A stretch of DNA of 45,999 bases from a virus: the UHGV virus genome UHGV-1315733; one strand, 5' to 3'. This document shows, piece by piece, positions 18,627-28,031 of this stretch (positions within the stretch are counted from its first letter, which is position 1; the number at the start of each line of letters is the position of its first letter). Both the position numbers and the translations under genes were made by a program. The notes beneath the pieces were generated by a model. It was not told the DNA's origin. It saw only the letters and a list, made by a program, of their open reading frames with translations, and searched no databases.

Positions 18627-19853
18627 TTAACTCTTTTTCGCACTTTCGTATCTTCTTGCAGCAGCTGCACTCTTCATAGCTTGCTTTCTGTCCCACCGTG
18701 CGACCTTCAACCGTTCTGCATACTCTCTTAGGTCATTCTCTTCGCAAAATGCACTGTACCGCTTGTTCTGAAGCTTCAATGTGTGAGCCTTGCGGTCCAA
18801 CATATTCTGCAATTCAAACCTTGCCTTATCATCCTTACAGTTATCAACAGCTGTCTGCAAGTTCTGTATCTTCCGCTTGGTGTCACGGATCCTACGCTCC
18901 TGTGCTCTCTGTTTCTTCTGCAATTCCTCAACCTTATGGTTGTCAGCAAGAGTTATCTTCTTATCCTCATAAGGATTGTTCACTCCGTCACCACTTCCAA
19001 ATGAGTGCCTACAGTTCCAACCGCACAAGCCTTCACCAGTTCCGAAACCAGTTGTCTTAACGAAGTCCGGGAATCTCTTATCCTTTCCACTTCGTGAGTA
19101 GAACCGTCCTTGCCACCACAAGTGATTGCCAGGATTCATTCCGCCATTACCAGTACGTGCTCCTAAGTGAGCAGACACAAGAACGGTATCCCAGTTCATT
19201 TCTTCCATTCTCTTCATGGAGATGTCGGCAGCTGCTTGTCCCACTCCTGTCCTCACGATCATCATCGTTGCTGACTCAATGCTCATTCTGTACCCAGTAG
19301 GATAGTTCACTTTGAGTCCTACTTCTGTGATATTGTTAATTACATCTCTGACCGCTTGTGTGTACGATACTGCACCGGTAGACACAAGATGGTAGGCATT
19401 GTCCATCTGATTGATGAAAGTCCTCTGTGCATCCAGTGCTGTGGTCCGTGTGAAGTTGTTCCATTCTCCGGCAGTAGCAAGGTAATCTCTCTCAAGGATC
19501 CTGAGCATGGTTGGAGATTGCATCAGTGCTGTTGGAGTGAGTCCGGCTGCAATATACACAGCATCATCCCATTTCAGAGTATTGATACCAGCATCGACAA
19601 ATGCATCCTTAATCTCTTTCTGCTGTAACTTTGTCTTGTCCGCTATTTCCTTCTGGATATCCTCTAGCAGTTCACCAGACTCTTGAAGCACTTGTATCTG
19701 CCATCGGTCTGTCTGTGTCAGCAGATAGTCCTCACCTCTGCCGAGTCTCTTCATGATTCTCTCGATGATCATGTCCATAATAGTGCGATGAAGGGACGAA
19801 GATATCTCCTCCGCCCCTTCTGTTATTCTTTGTAAGTATTCAGGTGTTAGCAT
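18627..19853 (-). CDS. Head morphogenesis protein (SPP1 gp7/Mu F-like minor head protein)
   Basis: 408 aa. Position after the portal region. C-terminal basic coiled-coil tail. Confidence 0.6.
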   Translation of the reverse strand: MLTPEYLQRITEGAEEISSSLHRTIMDMIIERIMKRLGRGEDYLLTQTDRWQIQVLQESGELLEDIQKEIADKTKLQQKEIKDAFVDAGINTLKWDDAVYIAAGLTPTALMQSPTMLRILERDYLATAGEWNNFTRTTALDAQRTFINQMDNAYHLVSTGAVSYTQAVRDVINNITEVGLKVNYPTGYRMSIESATMMIVRTGVGQAAADISMKRMEEMNWDTVLVSAHLGARTGNGGMNPGNHLWWQGRFYSRSGKDKRFPDFVKTTGFGTGEGLCGWNCRHSFGSGDGVNNPYEDKKITLADNHKVEELQKKQRAQERRIRDTKRKIQNLQTAVDNCKDDKARFELQNMLDRKAHTLKLQNKRYSAFCEENDLREYAERLKVARWDRKQAMKSAAAARRYESAKKS

Positions 19854-19970
19854 TATTCCTCACCGTCTTTGTCATTTTTATCATCCTTTGTAATGATTGC
19901 AAAAAGCAAAATTGTTACGCAAATGATAAGAATATTCATAGTTGATACTGCCATATTGTCACCGCCTTGT

Positions 19971-20240
19971 TTATTCCTCTTTATGGCATGTATTGTAGAT
20001 TTTCACGTACACGTCCTCAAAAAGTTCCTGTTTATCTCCATTATATGTATATTCCGCGTAGAGTCCATCTCCACTGAACGTTGTGCTGGCAAGACATTTG
20101 TAATTCTGTAAAGTCTTGCAACTCCAAACAATATATACATTACTCAAATCAATTTCCGCATCTGGTCGGTTCTTCCGATACCATTCAACAAGCTTCTTTT
20201 TGCATACACTCTGAAAGTGATCCATTCCTGTGATAATCAT
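19971..20240 (-). CDS. Hypothetical protein (89 aa); member of the accessory island
   Basis: ORF only. Confidence 0.4.
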   Translation of the reverse strand: MIITGMDHFQSVCKKKLVEWYRKNRPDAEIDLSNVYIVWSCKTLQNYKCLASTTFSGDGLYAEYTYNGDKQELFEDVYVKIYNTCHKEE

Positions 20241-20242
20241 GA

Positions 20243-20569
20243 TTAAGCCTCCTCATAAATAATATCCAAACCATAAGCAACCGCAGCATCATGCTCAATC
20301 TTACATCCTCTTGCATTCTCCCAGCCTTTACAGAAGTACGCTGCATGGCACAGAGACATATTCTCTAAGGATTTAGCAAGGAAACATAATGGAATCTGAA
20401 CTACTCCACGTTCTTTCATAGATTCATTGCTGTACCATTCATCTGTGAAAAGAGTATTTACAATCTCATACCCTTTTCCCTCAAGAACCTTAATTGCCTT
20501 CTCTCTTGTTGCTACGATTTCTTCATCAGTCTTTCCAGCCATTGGCTGACTTAACATTGCTTTCTTCAT
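20243..20569 (-). CDS. DUF4406-like protein (nucleoside 2-deoxyribosyltransferase-like fold)
   Basis: Start trimmed to MKKAMLSQPMAGK, which follows RBS AGGAGG at 7 nt. The 'LSQPMAG' motif resembles the DUF4406/NDT-like 'YLAGPM.G' motif. Confidence 0.4.
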   Translation of the reverse strand: MKKAMLSQPMAGKTDEEIVATREKAIKVLEGKGYEIVNTLFTDEWYSNESMKERGVVQIPLCFLAKSLENMSLCHAAYFCKGWENARGCKIEHDAAVAYGLDIIYEEA

Positions 20570-20580
20570 AATTAGTCCTC

Positions 20581-21084
20581 CTACTCTGCAAACACCCAAT
20601 CTTCAGCAAGCATATCTGCTTGTGTCGGAACATACTGCTCACATTTTGTGTAATAAGAATCATTTTTAGATTCACATGCTTTTATGATTGAGTATTCCTC
20701 GCTATCAAATTTGTCTTCCCTTCTACCATCAAGGCAAGCTCCGAAAGTGGCATATGCAAGTTGTAAGAACATGTCTGACTCAAACGTCAATCGTCTTACA
20801 CGTTTCTTGTTCTTCACCTGCTTCATAGCTTCGTGAAATGAAAATGTATTCATGCCACCAAGTGCCGGACAGTTCGTGTCATCCGCAAAAATCCATTCAT
20901 CGGAACAAATATTGGAAAATGTATAATCTACACACTCAGTTCTACGAACATCAATGTCCTTACCGTCTTTCGTATGCATCAGAATTGACTGTGCCGGAAT
21001 ACACCAGTACCAGTATCCAGCCCATGACGGAAGTTTCACCTTTGCCCCATGCTTCATTGCTTCAAATGCTTCTTTAAATGTCAT
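20581..21084 (-). CDS. Tandem DUF2829 (Tad2-like, Thoeris anti-defence family) protein
   Basis: N-terminus MTFKEAFEAMKHGAKV...W.G and C-terminus ...ADMLAEDWVFAE match the DUF2829 hallmarks. An internal second 'MNTFSFHEAMKQVKNKKRV' suggests two fused domains. From memory of the family, not searched. Confidence 0.45.
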   Translation of the reverse strand: MTFKEAFEAMKHGAKVKLPSWAGYWYWCIPAQSILMHTKDGKDIDVRRTECVDYTFSNICSDEWIFADDTNCPALGGMNTFSFHEAMKQVKNKKRVRRLTFESDMFLQLAYATFGACLDGRREDKFDSEEYSIIKACESKNDSYYTKCEQYVPTQADMLAEDWVFAE

Positions 21085-21099
21085 CGTTCATTTCTCCTT

Positions 21100-21561
21100 T
21101 CATTTTGCTACTTTTACCATGCATCTAACTTCTTCACTTTCGTATTCTCGCTCCATTACTAGTTCATATTTTTCAACTTCGTAAAGGACATTCCCGATTA
21201 TATTGTGCTTTTTCTTGTATTCATAGATGGCTTGCTCTATAAAAAAGTTTATTTCTTCTCGGTTCTGCTTTTCTGCATTAGCATACAGCTCATCTCCGTG
21301 AAGTAACTTACTGCCACTTATTTTTGATTTCACATTGAACGCAAAAGCGACTTCCGGTATATATATTTCTGAACATGTAATAACAGCATTTATTCCAATA
21401 TTTGTTTCAAATGGCTTGGCCAAAATATCAGAAGGCATTATTACACGTTTTTCAGGAAATCTTATCTTGAATACCACATACTGCGTAATCGCAGTGATTA
21501 TTGTTCTTTTTTCTTCCTTGTACACATCAGGATGAAGAAATTTTAATATTGGCAGTATCAT
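21100..21561 (-). CDS. Hypothetical protein (154 aa)
   Basis: ORF 21100..21681 trimmed. Its N-terminal 40 codons are the translated tRNA gene. MILPILKF follows an AGGAGA RBS. Confidence 0.45.
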   Translation of the reverse strand: MILPILKFLHPDVYKEEKRTIITAITQYVVFKIRFPEKRVIMPSDILAKPFETNIGINAVITCSEIYIPEVAFAFNVKSKISGSKLLHGDELYANAEKQNREEINFFIEQAIYEYKKKHNIIGNVLYEVEKYELVMEREYESEEVRCMVKVAK

Positions 21562-21587
21562 TTCGCAATCACTCTCCTTGATCGAAA

Positions 21588-21659
21588 TCGGAACGGGAGG
21601 TATCGAACCTCCGACACGCTGGATATAAGCCAGTTGCTCTACCACTGAGCTACGTTCCG
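21588..21659 (-). tRNA. tRNA, anticodon UAU (Ile2-type, reads AUA)
   Basis: Minus strand CGGAACG-TA-GCTC-AGTGGTA-GAGC-A-ACTGG-CTTATAT-CCAGC-GTGTC-GGAGG-TTCGATA-CCTCC-CGTTCCG-A. Full cloverleaf with one A27.C43 mismatch, U33, A37 and discriminator A. No CCA is encoded. Confidence 0.7.
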
Positions 21660-22378
21660 TTAGCAGGTGGACAGTAATCAAACCACCTCTGCTACGGTTC
21701 TTTAGACAGTACGAAGAAAATAATAAACACTGTGACTATCGTGCAAAATGTGAATATTAAATCTTTGACGGAACTCCGCAGCTAAAATCCGTCTGTTACA
21801 TTTTTTCAAACACAATTAGGTCTTCACCTTATTCAATCATGGTAAAAGTCATATTCTGCCACTGTGATGATAGGTCTGAGCTTCTGAGAGCGACTCTTGG
21901 CTTCCTACCACTGTCAAAGCACACATGGGATTGATACCCATAAATTTCACGGTTCTTTCAGATAATGTTTTCGCCTATTTTGCACCCTTTGCATTGCTCA
22001 TATCGAAATTGCTTATTTAAGAACTTGCCATACCGCTACTTTAACGAACCTCTTGTGTTATACTCCGATTTCTCGGATTCAAGGCAAATCAGCTTATTGA
22101 GAATTTCCAGTTAGTCCGTAGTCTCTCACACCACTCACATCACTGGATTATTTCTGCACCGCAGACGTCTATTAATCACTGACCACAAGGATTCTGCATT
22201 TGACTTCTCTATGATGATACACTGCAAGGCATTGTTGATGGTTTCCGTCTTCACCAATGGAATCACTCCCACTAGAAAGAATCGGCTTATCCAATATCTC
22301 GAACAAGCCTATCTCGTCACCATTGCATCTCGGCATGACTGAAAAATCACTCTTCACCGAGGTAATCATATTTGAAAA

Positions 22379-22456
22379 TAGCCGTATAAGGATTTGAACC
22401 TCAATCTTTCACTTGAGTAGGGTAGAATGAACGCTTTGCCGTTAAGCTATACGGCT
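22379..22456 (-). pseudogene. Degenerate tRNA-like sequence (good acceptor, D-arm and T-arm; no foldable anticodon arm)
   Basis: AGCCGTA-TA-GCTT-AACGGCA-AAGC...TGAGG-TTCAAAT-CCTTA-TACGGCT. The central 28 nt do not form a 5-bp stem with a 7-nt loop. Confidence 0.35.
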
Positions 22457-22520
22457 TCCAACTACACTGTAGTAAGGAAAAATTTGTTATGAAAAAGATT
22501 TTTTCTCCGAGTTTCGGAGA

Positions 22521-22594
22521 GAGCTACCGTTCGGATTCGAACCGAAACCCTGTTGATTAAAAGTCAACCGCTCTACCATTTGAGCTATGATAGC
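22521..22594 (-). tRNA. tRNA-Lys (anticodon UUU)
   Basis: GCTATCA-TA-GCTC-AAATGGTA-GAGC-G-GTTGA-CTTTTAA-TCAAC-AGGGT-TTCGG-TTCGAAT-CCGAA-CGGTAGC-T. One A.C mismatch at the base of the acceptor stem. Confidence 0.6.
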
Positions 22595-22598
22595 TTAA

Positions 22599-22635
22599 AG
22601 CATCGAGCGTGAACCAAGAAAAAACGCTCGATGCT
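22599..22635. terminator. Perfect 11-bp inverted repeat hairpin between the tRNA array and the portal gene
   Basis: agcatcgagcg-tgaaccaagaaaaaa-cgctcgatgct followed by atattatttt. Could terminate either strand. Confidence 0.35.
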
Positions 22636-22861
22636 ATATTATTTTAGGTTCCCGGGGAGATGACAAGAAACCGGGAATAGGCCTGTCCCGGTTATGCTCC
22701 GAGTCTGTGTCCTACTAAGGAACAAGCCTTAACCGCCATCTGACGGTTAGTAGCAATATTTATAGTGCTGTACATTGCACTGTCAAGGAATGAAAAACGA
22801 ATGAACTTTTCGTCCTCAAGTACATAGTACCGTATTCGCTTGCTCTCATTGTCCCCATAAT

Positions 22862-24271
22862 TTACTCATCTTGGAATTTTTCAAAGAGAGTTTCGCCTTT
22901 GTCACTGGCTTCTTCAATCATTGCTTTCGCTTCTGGCTCTGTCATTCCTTCAAACTTCACGAAGTACATCCATGCCGGTACTTTTCCCTGTACTACATAG
23001 TTCCACCAACGTGCACGATCATCTTCAAGGTTGTACACAAGGTCTTCAAACTCGCAAGCTGTCTGATATCCGGAAGCCGGAATTGTTCCGTTCGCTGTTC
23101 CTGTAGCGTAGAGGATATATAAGATTCTGTGGATAACTCCATCATGATTCTTTCCATCTAAGATTGTACGGAATGACTCAATTGTGTGCAGCGTTCTTCT
23201 ATCGTCTGACTCCACTTGTGTTGCTGTCTGAATTCCTCTTGACTCATCAAACGAGAAGTATCCATTAGAGAATCCACACTTGTATCCGATGATGGATAGA
23301 TAGAAGTTGATGGCAGAAGTTCTTTCGGCTACCAATATAGTCGGTACATGTTCTTGAATCGTACCATCTGCATCCACTCCCATTTCAAGTCCTTGCACGA
23401 ATCGAGGGAGCTTGATTCCATTCTGATTAGCATATTGGATTACTGTCTGTGATACAAAAGTAACGTGCTGGCTGTCTTCCTGTTCGTCCCCCATCTTATT
23501 GAGTGCGATATCGAGCCATCTCAACTCTTCAATGCATTCAGCAAATACCGGTACAGTAAGAGGAGACTCCTTGTCGATTGCATTCGCATAAGGATTTCGC
23601 CAGTACACAAACAGCGGATATTCCAATCCTCTTACTTCCACTTCCGGAAGTATATCTTTCCACTCATCTACTTTCTCTAGGGAAATTTCAGATCCGATAC
23701 GGTTCTTATCTTCACTCTTGAATGCTTTTGATGAAATCTTATAGACTCTTTCACCATTCACATCCTCAAATCTGTGATATTCTGCTTTTGTGTAGTACCT
23801 GTTTCTCTTTTTGATGTACGAGAAGAACACTGCTGCAAGTACATCACCGTTGGTATTGGTGTCTGTGATGATGAAGTAGTCCGGATCCAGGAACTCAATT
23901 CCTTGTCCGTCCGTCTTGATCATCATTCCGCAAGTAGCACAGCTCTCTTCCTGTTTCTCTTGTAACGCGTTCAACACTTCATCAAACTTCTTCTTGAGCG
24001 CATCATTACCATCAATCTCAACATTGACATTGAACAGTGTAAGATTGGCAATCTCCCGGCAAATGACATTAGAGAACCTTGTCGGTTTGATTGTTCCGTC
24101 CATGCACCATGTCGGCAGTCCTGATCTCATGCCCTTATACAAATCTAAGGCAGTCTGCATTTCAGAAGAGCGACTAGCCTCAATTCCAAATATATCTCTT
24201 ACTTCGTTTACTCCAAACATTCTGTTAAATACCGCCTTAATTTTTTGTATTAGTCCCATTAGTATTTCCAC
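22862..24271 (-). CDS. Portal protein (SPP1 gp6-type)
   Basis: 469 aa. Immediately downstream of TerL. Length and composition fit the family. Confidence 0.7.
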   Translation of the reverse strand: MEILMGLIQKIKAVFNRMFGVNEVRDIFGIEASRSSEMQTALDLYKGMRSGLPTWCMDGTIKPTRFSNVICREIANLTLFNVNVEIDGNDALKKKFDEVLNALQEKQEESCATCGMMIKTDGQGIEFLDPDYFIITDTNTNGDVLAAVFFSYIKKRNRYYTKAEYHRFEDVNGERVYKISSKAFKSEDKNRIGSEISLEKVDEWKDILPEVEVRGLEYPLFVYWRNPYANAIDKESPLTVPVFAECIEELRWLDIALNKMGDEQEDSQHVTFVSQTVIQYANQNGIKLPRFVQGLEMGVDADGTIQEHVPTILVAERTSAINFYLSIIGYKCGFSNGYFSFDESRGIQTATQVESDDRRTLHTIESFRTILDGKNHDGVIHRILYILYATGTANGTIPASGYQTACEFEDLVYNLEDDRARWWNYVVQGKVPAWMYFVKFEGMTEPEAKAMIEEASDKGETLFEKFQDE

Positions 24272-25584
24272 CTCAACCGCCTACGCAAGAACGTGTAGAC
24301 ATAATATCTTGTATCATCCATCGCATGGTCATTCTCTTTGATCACTGTATCATTGTTCTTTTCCTCATCCCAACAATAGAGTCCAAACTCATTGATACAG
24401 CTTGTGCAATCCTTGTATATCTTCAGGAGTCCTTTATTCAGCATTGTTGTGACCACTCGGATTCCGTCCAGTACATCATTGTCAGCTTTCCTCACTGTGT
24501 ACTCTCCGTACTTCTTGATAACTTCAATGAAGGATGCTGCAGATGGATCTATGATGATACATGATACTTTTCTGTCTCCGATCAGTTCCTTTAGCATCTT
24601 GTAATAAGCTTCATCGTCTACACGCTTGCCGACCTCTCTACTGTTGTAGTACAGTTCTGCTTCACGCTGTGAGTGTTTCCCATCGAATGCCCACAGACCG
24701 GCTGAGAAAGGATTGACTGTACCGTAGTCGATTGACACAATGTATTCCAGTGCGCCACTCATGTGTTCATCGGTAACATGCTTTTCCTCATCAAACATTG
24801 AATAGACAAGTCCTTCAGCCACGCACCACAATCCTAAGATATAACGCTTGAAGAACACACCTACATACATACTTCGGTATCGTTCTTTAATTTTCTCGGA
24901 GAGCGATAGGTTATCGTCCATCGTGAAATGCAGATAGATGATGTGCTTCTCTTCACACTTATCTATCCAGTTGACCTTGAACCAGTGCCGAGGGTTGTCC
25001 GGGTTGCAGTTGAACCAGAACTTAGAACCGGTAACGGAACATCGTCCTGTTGCCTGGTTCACAAATGACTCCGGCATCAGAGCGACCTCATCGAAGAACA
25101 TACCGGCAAGAGTGATACCCTGGATCAGATCCTGTGACCTTTCATCCTTACCACCGAAGATGTAGAAGAAGTTCTGTACATCTCCCTTACTTACCACAAT
25201 TAGATTATCGGACCGATGGTCTACTACGGAATATCCTCGGCTCTTGAGCATCAGCTTAAGCCAGAAGAGTACGTTTCTTCGGAATGAACCGATAGTCTTT
25301 CCAGCCATACCGAAGTTCTGTTGATTGAAACTTTCCATTGCCCACAACACGTAGGACAGTGACATGCACAGCGTCTTACCACTTCGGATTGCTCCGTCCG
25401 CTATGATTCCATCTTTGTCCTTTACCGGACTACTAGGACACCACCATGTCAGCACCTGTTTCTGCTTTCTTGAGAAAGGCTTGAACTCAAATCCTTGTTT
25501 CTTAGCTTTCTCTTTCATGGCAGCAGCGCGTTTCATGATTCCTTGCCGGACAGAAGCTAATCTTTCCTCAAAGTTATTCATCAT
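24259..25584 (-). CDS. terL: Terminase large subunit
   Basis: Walker A (DGAIRSGKT). Start trimmed to MMNNFEE after RBS GAGGTG. Overlaps the TerS gene. Confidence 0.85.
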   Translation of the reverse strand: MMNNFEERLASVRQGIMKRAAAMKEKAKKQGFEFKPFSRKQKQVLTWWCPSSPVKDKDGIIADGAIRSGKTLCMSLSYVLWAMESFNQQNFGMAGKTIGSFRRNVLFWLKLMLKSRGYSVVDHRSDNLIVVSKGDVQNFFYIFGGKDERSQDLIQGITLAGMFFDEVALMPESFVNQATGRCSVTGSKFWFNCNPDNPRHWFKVNWIDKCEEKHIIYLHFTMDDNLSLSEKIKERYRSMYVGVFFKRYILGLWCVAEGLVYSMFDEEKHVTDEHMSGALEYIVSIDYGTVNPFSAGLWAFDGKHSQREAELYYNSREVGKRVDDEAYYKMLKELIGDRKVSCIIIDPSAASFIEVIKKYGEYTVRKADNDVLDGIRVVTTMLNKGLLKIYKDCTSCINEFGLYCWDEEKNNDTVIKENDHAMDDTRYYVYTFLRRRLRWKY

Positions 25585-26038
25585 CTGTCCACACCTCACT
25601 CGCTGTGGAATTCAGTGCATCCATGAAGTTGTCTTTTGCATCTTCATCAGTTCCATTGTCTTTGAACTGTGCTTCCAGTTTTGCAAGCTCAAGGTTCATC
25701 TTCCTATCGTCAACATTACGTTTCAGAAGTTCCTGTGCTGCTTTGGTTCGTTCAGACAATGATGCATCTAGGTCGAACTGATCTTTGATTTTCCCTCGCA
25801 TGACATCAGTTAGATACTTCATGATTTCCTCAATATCTGCTATGTCTTTACTTGCGATTTGCTCCTGTCTAGCGTTGATATAGTCGAGAATCTGTGGTTT
25901 GCGAAGGTTCTCACCGCCCATGCTCATTGCTGTTTTTTCACTGTATCCGGCATTCTTTGCTGCCTGTGTTGCGTTCCCCAGTTTCAGGTACTCATCACAG
26001 AACTTTTTCTGCTTAGGTGTTAGCTTATCCTTAGGCAC
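25574..26038 (-). CDS. terS: Terminase small subunit
   Basis: MPKDKLTPKQKKFCDEYLKLGNATQAAKNAGYS is the classic TerS HTH N-terminus. Confidence 0.8.
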   Translation of the reverse strand: MPKDKLTPKQKKFCDEYLKLGNATQAAKNAGYSEKTAMSMGGENLRKPQILDYINARQEQIASKDIADIEEIMKYLTDVMRGKIKDQFDLDASLSERTKAAQELLKRNVDDRKMNLELAKLEAQFKDNGTDEDAKDNFMDALNSTASEVWTDDE

Positions 26039-26040
26039 AT

Positions 26041-26253
26041 TTAACCACCACCCTTTTCTTTACTGTCTCTTTTCTCCCTGTGTTCCATTTGACACTTAAT
26101 CATCTGTAGTACATTCGTCCTCTCTGTATGTATCCCATGTCCTTGACGGAATAGTTCACACTGCAAGATGTTCCCACAGTGCGTGCATTCATCTGTTATC
26201 TCTCTGTTTGCAATCCTCAAGGCTTCACCTCGTCCCATATTTCTTTCAGGCAA
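26041..26253 (-). CDS. Hypothetical small Cys-containing protein (70 aa)
   Basis: ORF. Contains C..C and H..C spacing. Confidence 0.3.
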   Translation of the reverse strand: MPERNMGRGEALRIANREITDECTHCGNILQCELFRQGHGIHTERTNVLQMIKCQMEHREKRDSKEKGGG

Positions 26254-26471
26254 TTCACTATTTCAAGCTGTGATGTTGTTCTGATCAGTTCTAGATCTTT
26301 CTCTTTCCACTCTCCATGCCTGTCTCTTCCTAGTGCCGGAGTAGATAATATATAGATGTTAATGAGTCTGTTCTGTTCAGCTGAATAGAATTGTCTCTGA
26401 CTGTACTTTATAATCAAGCCTGTCTGCAAGATTGCTCTCTGTAGCTTCTTGGATATTCCATTGAGATTCAC
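26217..26471 (-). CDS. Hypothetical protein (84 aa)
   Basis: GTG start. The GTG follows RBS GGAGG at 8 nt. Confidence 0.35.
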   Translation of the reverse strand: MNLNGISKKLQRAILQTGLIIKYSQRQFYSAEQNRLINIYILSTPALGRDRHGEWKEKDLELIRTTSQLEIVNCLKEIWDEVKP

Positions 26472-26562
26472 CTTTCTACCTCCAAAATAAAAAAGATTCC
26501 ATGCATGTTACAATGTCTCTTATACCATTGTAACTGAATGAAATCTTTTCGTTGTACCCATA

Positions 26563-27309
26563 TTATAAATTAATATCTTCTTGTTCCATGTTCCAATCTT
26601 TAAGTTCTATACATAACTTATACGGACCACCATCTTTGGTTGCCAATACCTCATTCATAATAAGTCGATATGTATACCTGTTCCCATATAAGTCCTGAAA
26701 TCTCAATTCCGCTTTTTTCTCCCCAACATAGTTCTTCGCTGCAATACTCTCATCTTCTACATTTATTCCAGACGCAATATCAATAAATTCATAATCCCCC
26801 TCTTCTACCGCTTCACTTATAATCCAGCCACGTTTTTTTCCTTCTATATTCATCTTAACTTTTAATGCCGGTCCTCGTCCAATATTTTTTATTTGCAACA
26901 CATAATCGTTGTCTGAATAAACCTTTTCATATTCTAACAATATTAAATTGCATCTTTTTTTCGCTGCATCTTCACTATTTTCAAATTCTGTTTTGTGAAC
27001 TTTTTTAATAACAAAATAGGGTTTTACTGCTTCGCGTCTGTTGAGTTCAACCTGATCTTTCAATTCTTGTTTCTGAATCTCATAATCTTTTCTATCTTTT
27101 TCTTGCTGTAATTGAAATGTCCATTTAACTCCAAGTACAGTTGCTACTGCTCCCATCCCACTGCCTATATAACTTCCAAAAAATCCCAACCAGCTTGCTT
27201 TATTTATTGCGCTCGGGAAACTATTTTCAGCTACAAGCCAAGATACAATCAATCCTACAATAAATATCAATCCTATTATGCATAGCATCAACCAATTTTT
27301 CTTTTTCAT
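26563..27309 (-). CDS. Membrane protein (two N-terminal TM helices, 248 aa) in an AT-rich moron
   Basis: Markedly lower GC than its neighbours. TM helices at aa 6-27 and 40-62. Inverted repeat downstream. Confidence 0.55.
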   Translation of the reverse strand: MKKKNWLMLCIIGLIFIVGLIVSWLVAENSFPSAINKASWLGFFGSYIGSGMGAVATVLGVKWTFQLQQEKDRKDYEIQKQELKDQVELNRREAVKPYFVIKKVHKTEFENSEDAAKKRCNLILLEYEKVYSDNDYVLQIKNIGRGPALKVKMNIEGKKRGWIISEAVEEGDYEFIDIASGINVEDESIAAKNYVGEKKAELRFQDLYGNRYTYRLIMNEVLATKDGGPYKLCIELKDWNMEQEDINL

Positions 27310-27418
27310 AATCGCTTACAATATAAGCATGATGTAACATTACGTAATGATACACCATGCTTTTCCTCCTTAGATTTATTATACTAATATAAAAGTAATT
27401 TGTAACTTTTTCAACTAT

Positions 27419-27775
27419 TTACAATATACTTCTTCCAAGTAATGTCATTAATCTGTTGTACTCTTCAATCACCTTTCGTCTGTATCCTTGAAAGTCTTTC
27501 CGCTGCATAGGGATGTATTCTCTCTTGCAGATATTATCGTATCCAAGTCCTGTTGTCAGATTGATGAAGAGGAACTTTGCTATCTCCGGCTTTACGTTCT
27601 GGCAGCTTTGAAGAAGAAGGATTTGCTCATATCCAGTGGCTTTCCGGCAGTAGTCAATTATCTTCTTCCCTTGCTCATGAGTGATGTCGTAATCACTCAG
27701 ATAAGTTTCTCTCACGCTCAATGGTATCCACCTCCCACGCATGCTTTTATATCTATCCCAACTCTTGTCAGGCAT
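27419..27775 (-). CDS. Hypothetical protein (118 aa); possible late regulator by position
   Basis: ORF. No confident motif. Confidence 0.4.
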   Translation of the reverse strand: MPDKSWDRYKSMRGRWIPLSVRETYLSDYDITHEQGKKIIDYCRKATGYEQILLLQSCQNVKPEIAKFLFINLTTGLGYDNICKREYIPMQRKDFQGYRRKVIEEYNRLMTLLGRSIL

Positions 27776-27960
27776 TCGTTCGGATTTTCTTGTAAATACT
27801 CGCCTTGTGTCCTTATCAATTTCCTAGCCTGATATGCCGGACGGTTAAACTCTTCGCTTGCTTTCTTGTCTACCGGTCTTTCTGCCATTCCACCATAATG
27901 CTGTTGCAGATTCGCCTTGATCTCTGCCGGGCATCTTCTCGTCTCTGTACTTCTTTTCAC
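27718..27960 (-). CDS. Hypothetical protein (80 aa, GTG start)
   Basis: The GTG follows RBS GGAG at 9 nt. Overlaps the next gene by 58 nt. Confidence 0.3.
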   Translation of the reverse strand: MKRSTETRRCPAEIKANLQQHYGGMAERPVDKKASEEFNRPAYQARKLIRTQGEYLQENPNECLTRVGIDIKACVGGGYH

Positions 27961-28031
27961 TGTTCATCACTCCATTAACTCAAATCTGTATTTCTGCTTC
28001 ACATCTGGGTATTTCACGTGGTCAACTTCGC

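Noticed and set aside
21562-21681. N-terminal 40 codons of ORF 21100..21681 (MITVHLLTERSSVVEQLAYIQRVGGSIPPVP...)
   Set aside because: This is the in-frame translation of the tRNA(UAU) gene. The real start is MILPILKF at 21561, which has an RBS.
22172-22369. 65-aa minus-strand ORF inside the tRNA-island noncoding stretch
   Set aside because: No RBS. Its composition does not match neighbouring genes. Treated as part of the ORF-free region.
22379-22456. Calling the middle element a functional type-I or type-II tRNA
   Set aside because: At 77 nt there is no room for a long variable arm. No 5-bp stem with 7-nt loop is available for an anticodon arm. The CTCAA/TTGAG pairing overlaps the T-stem.
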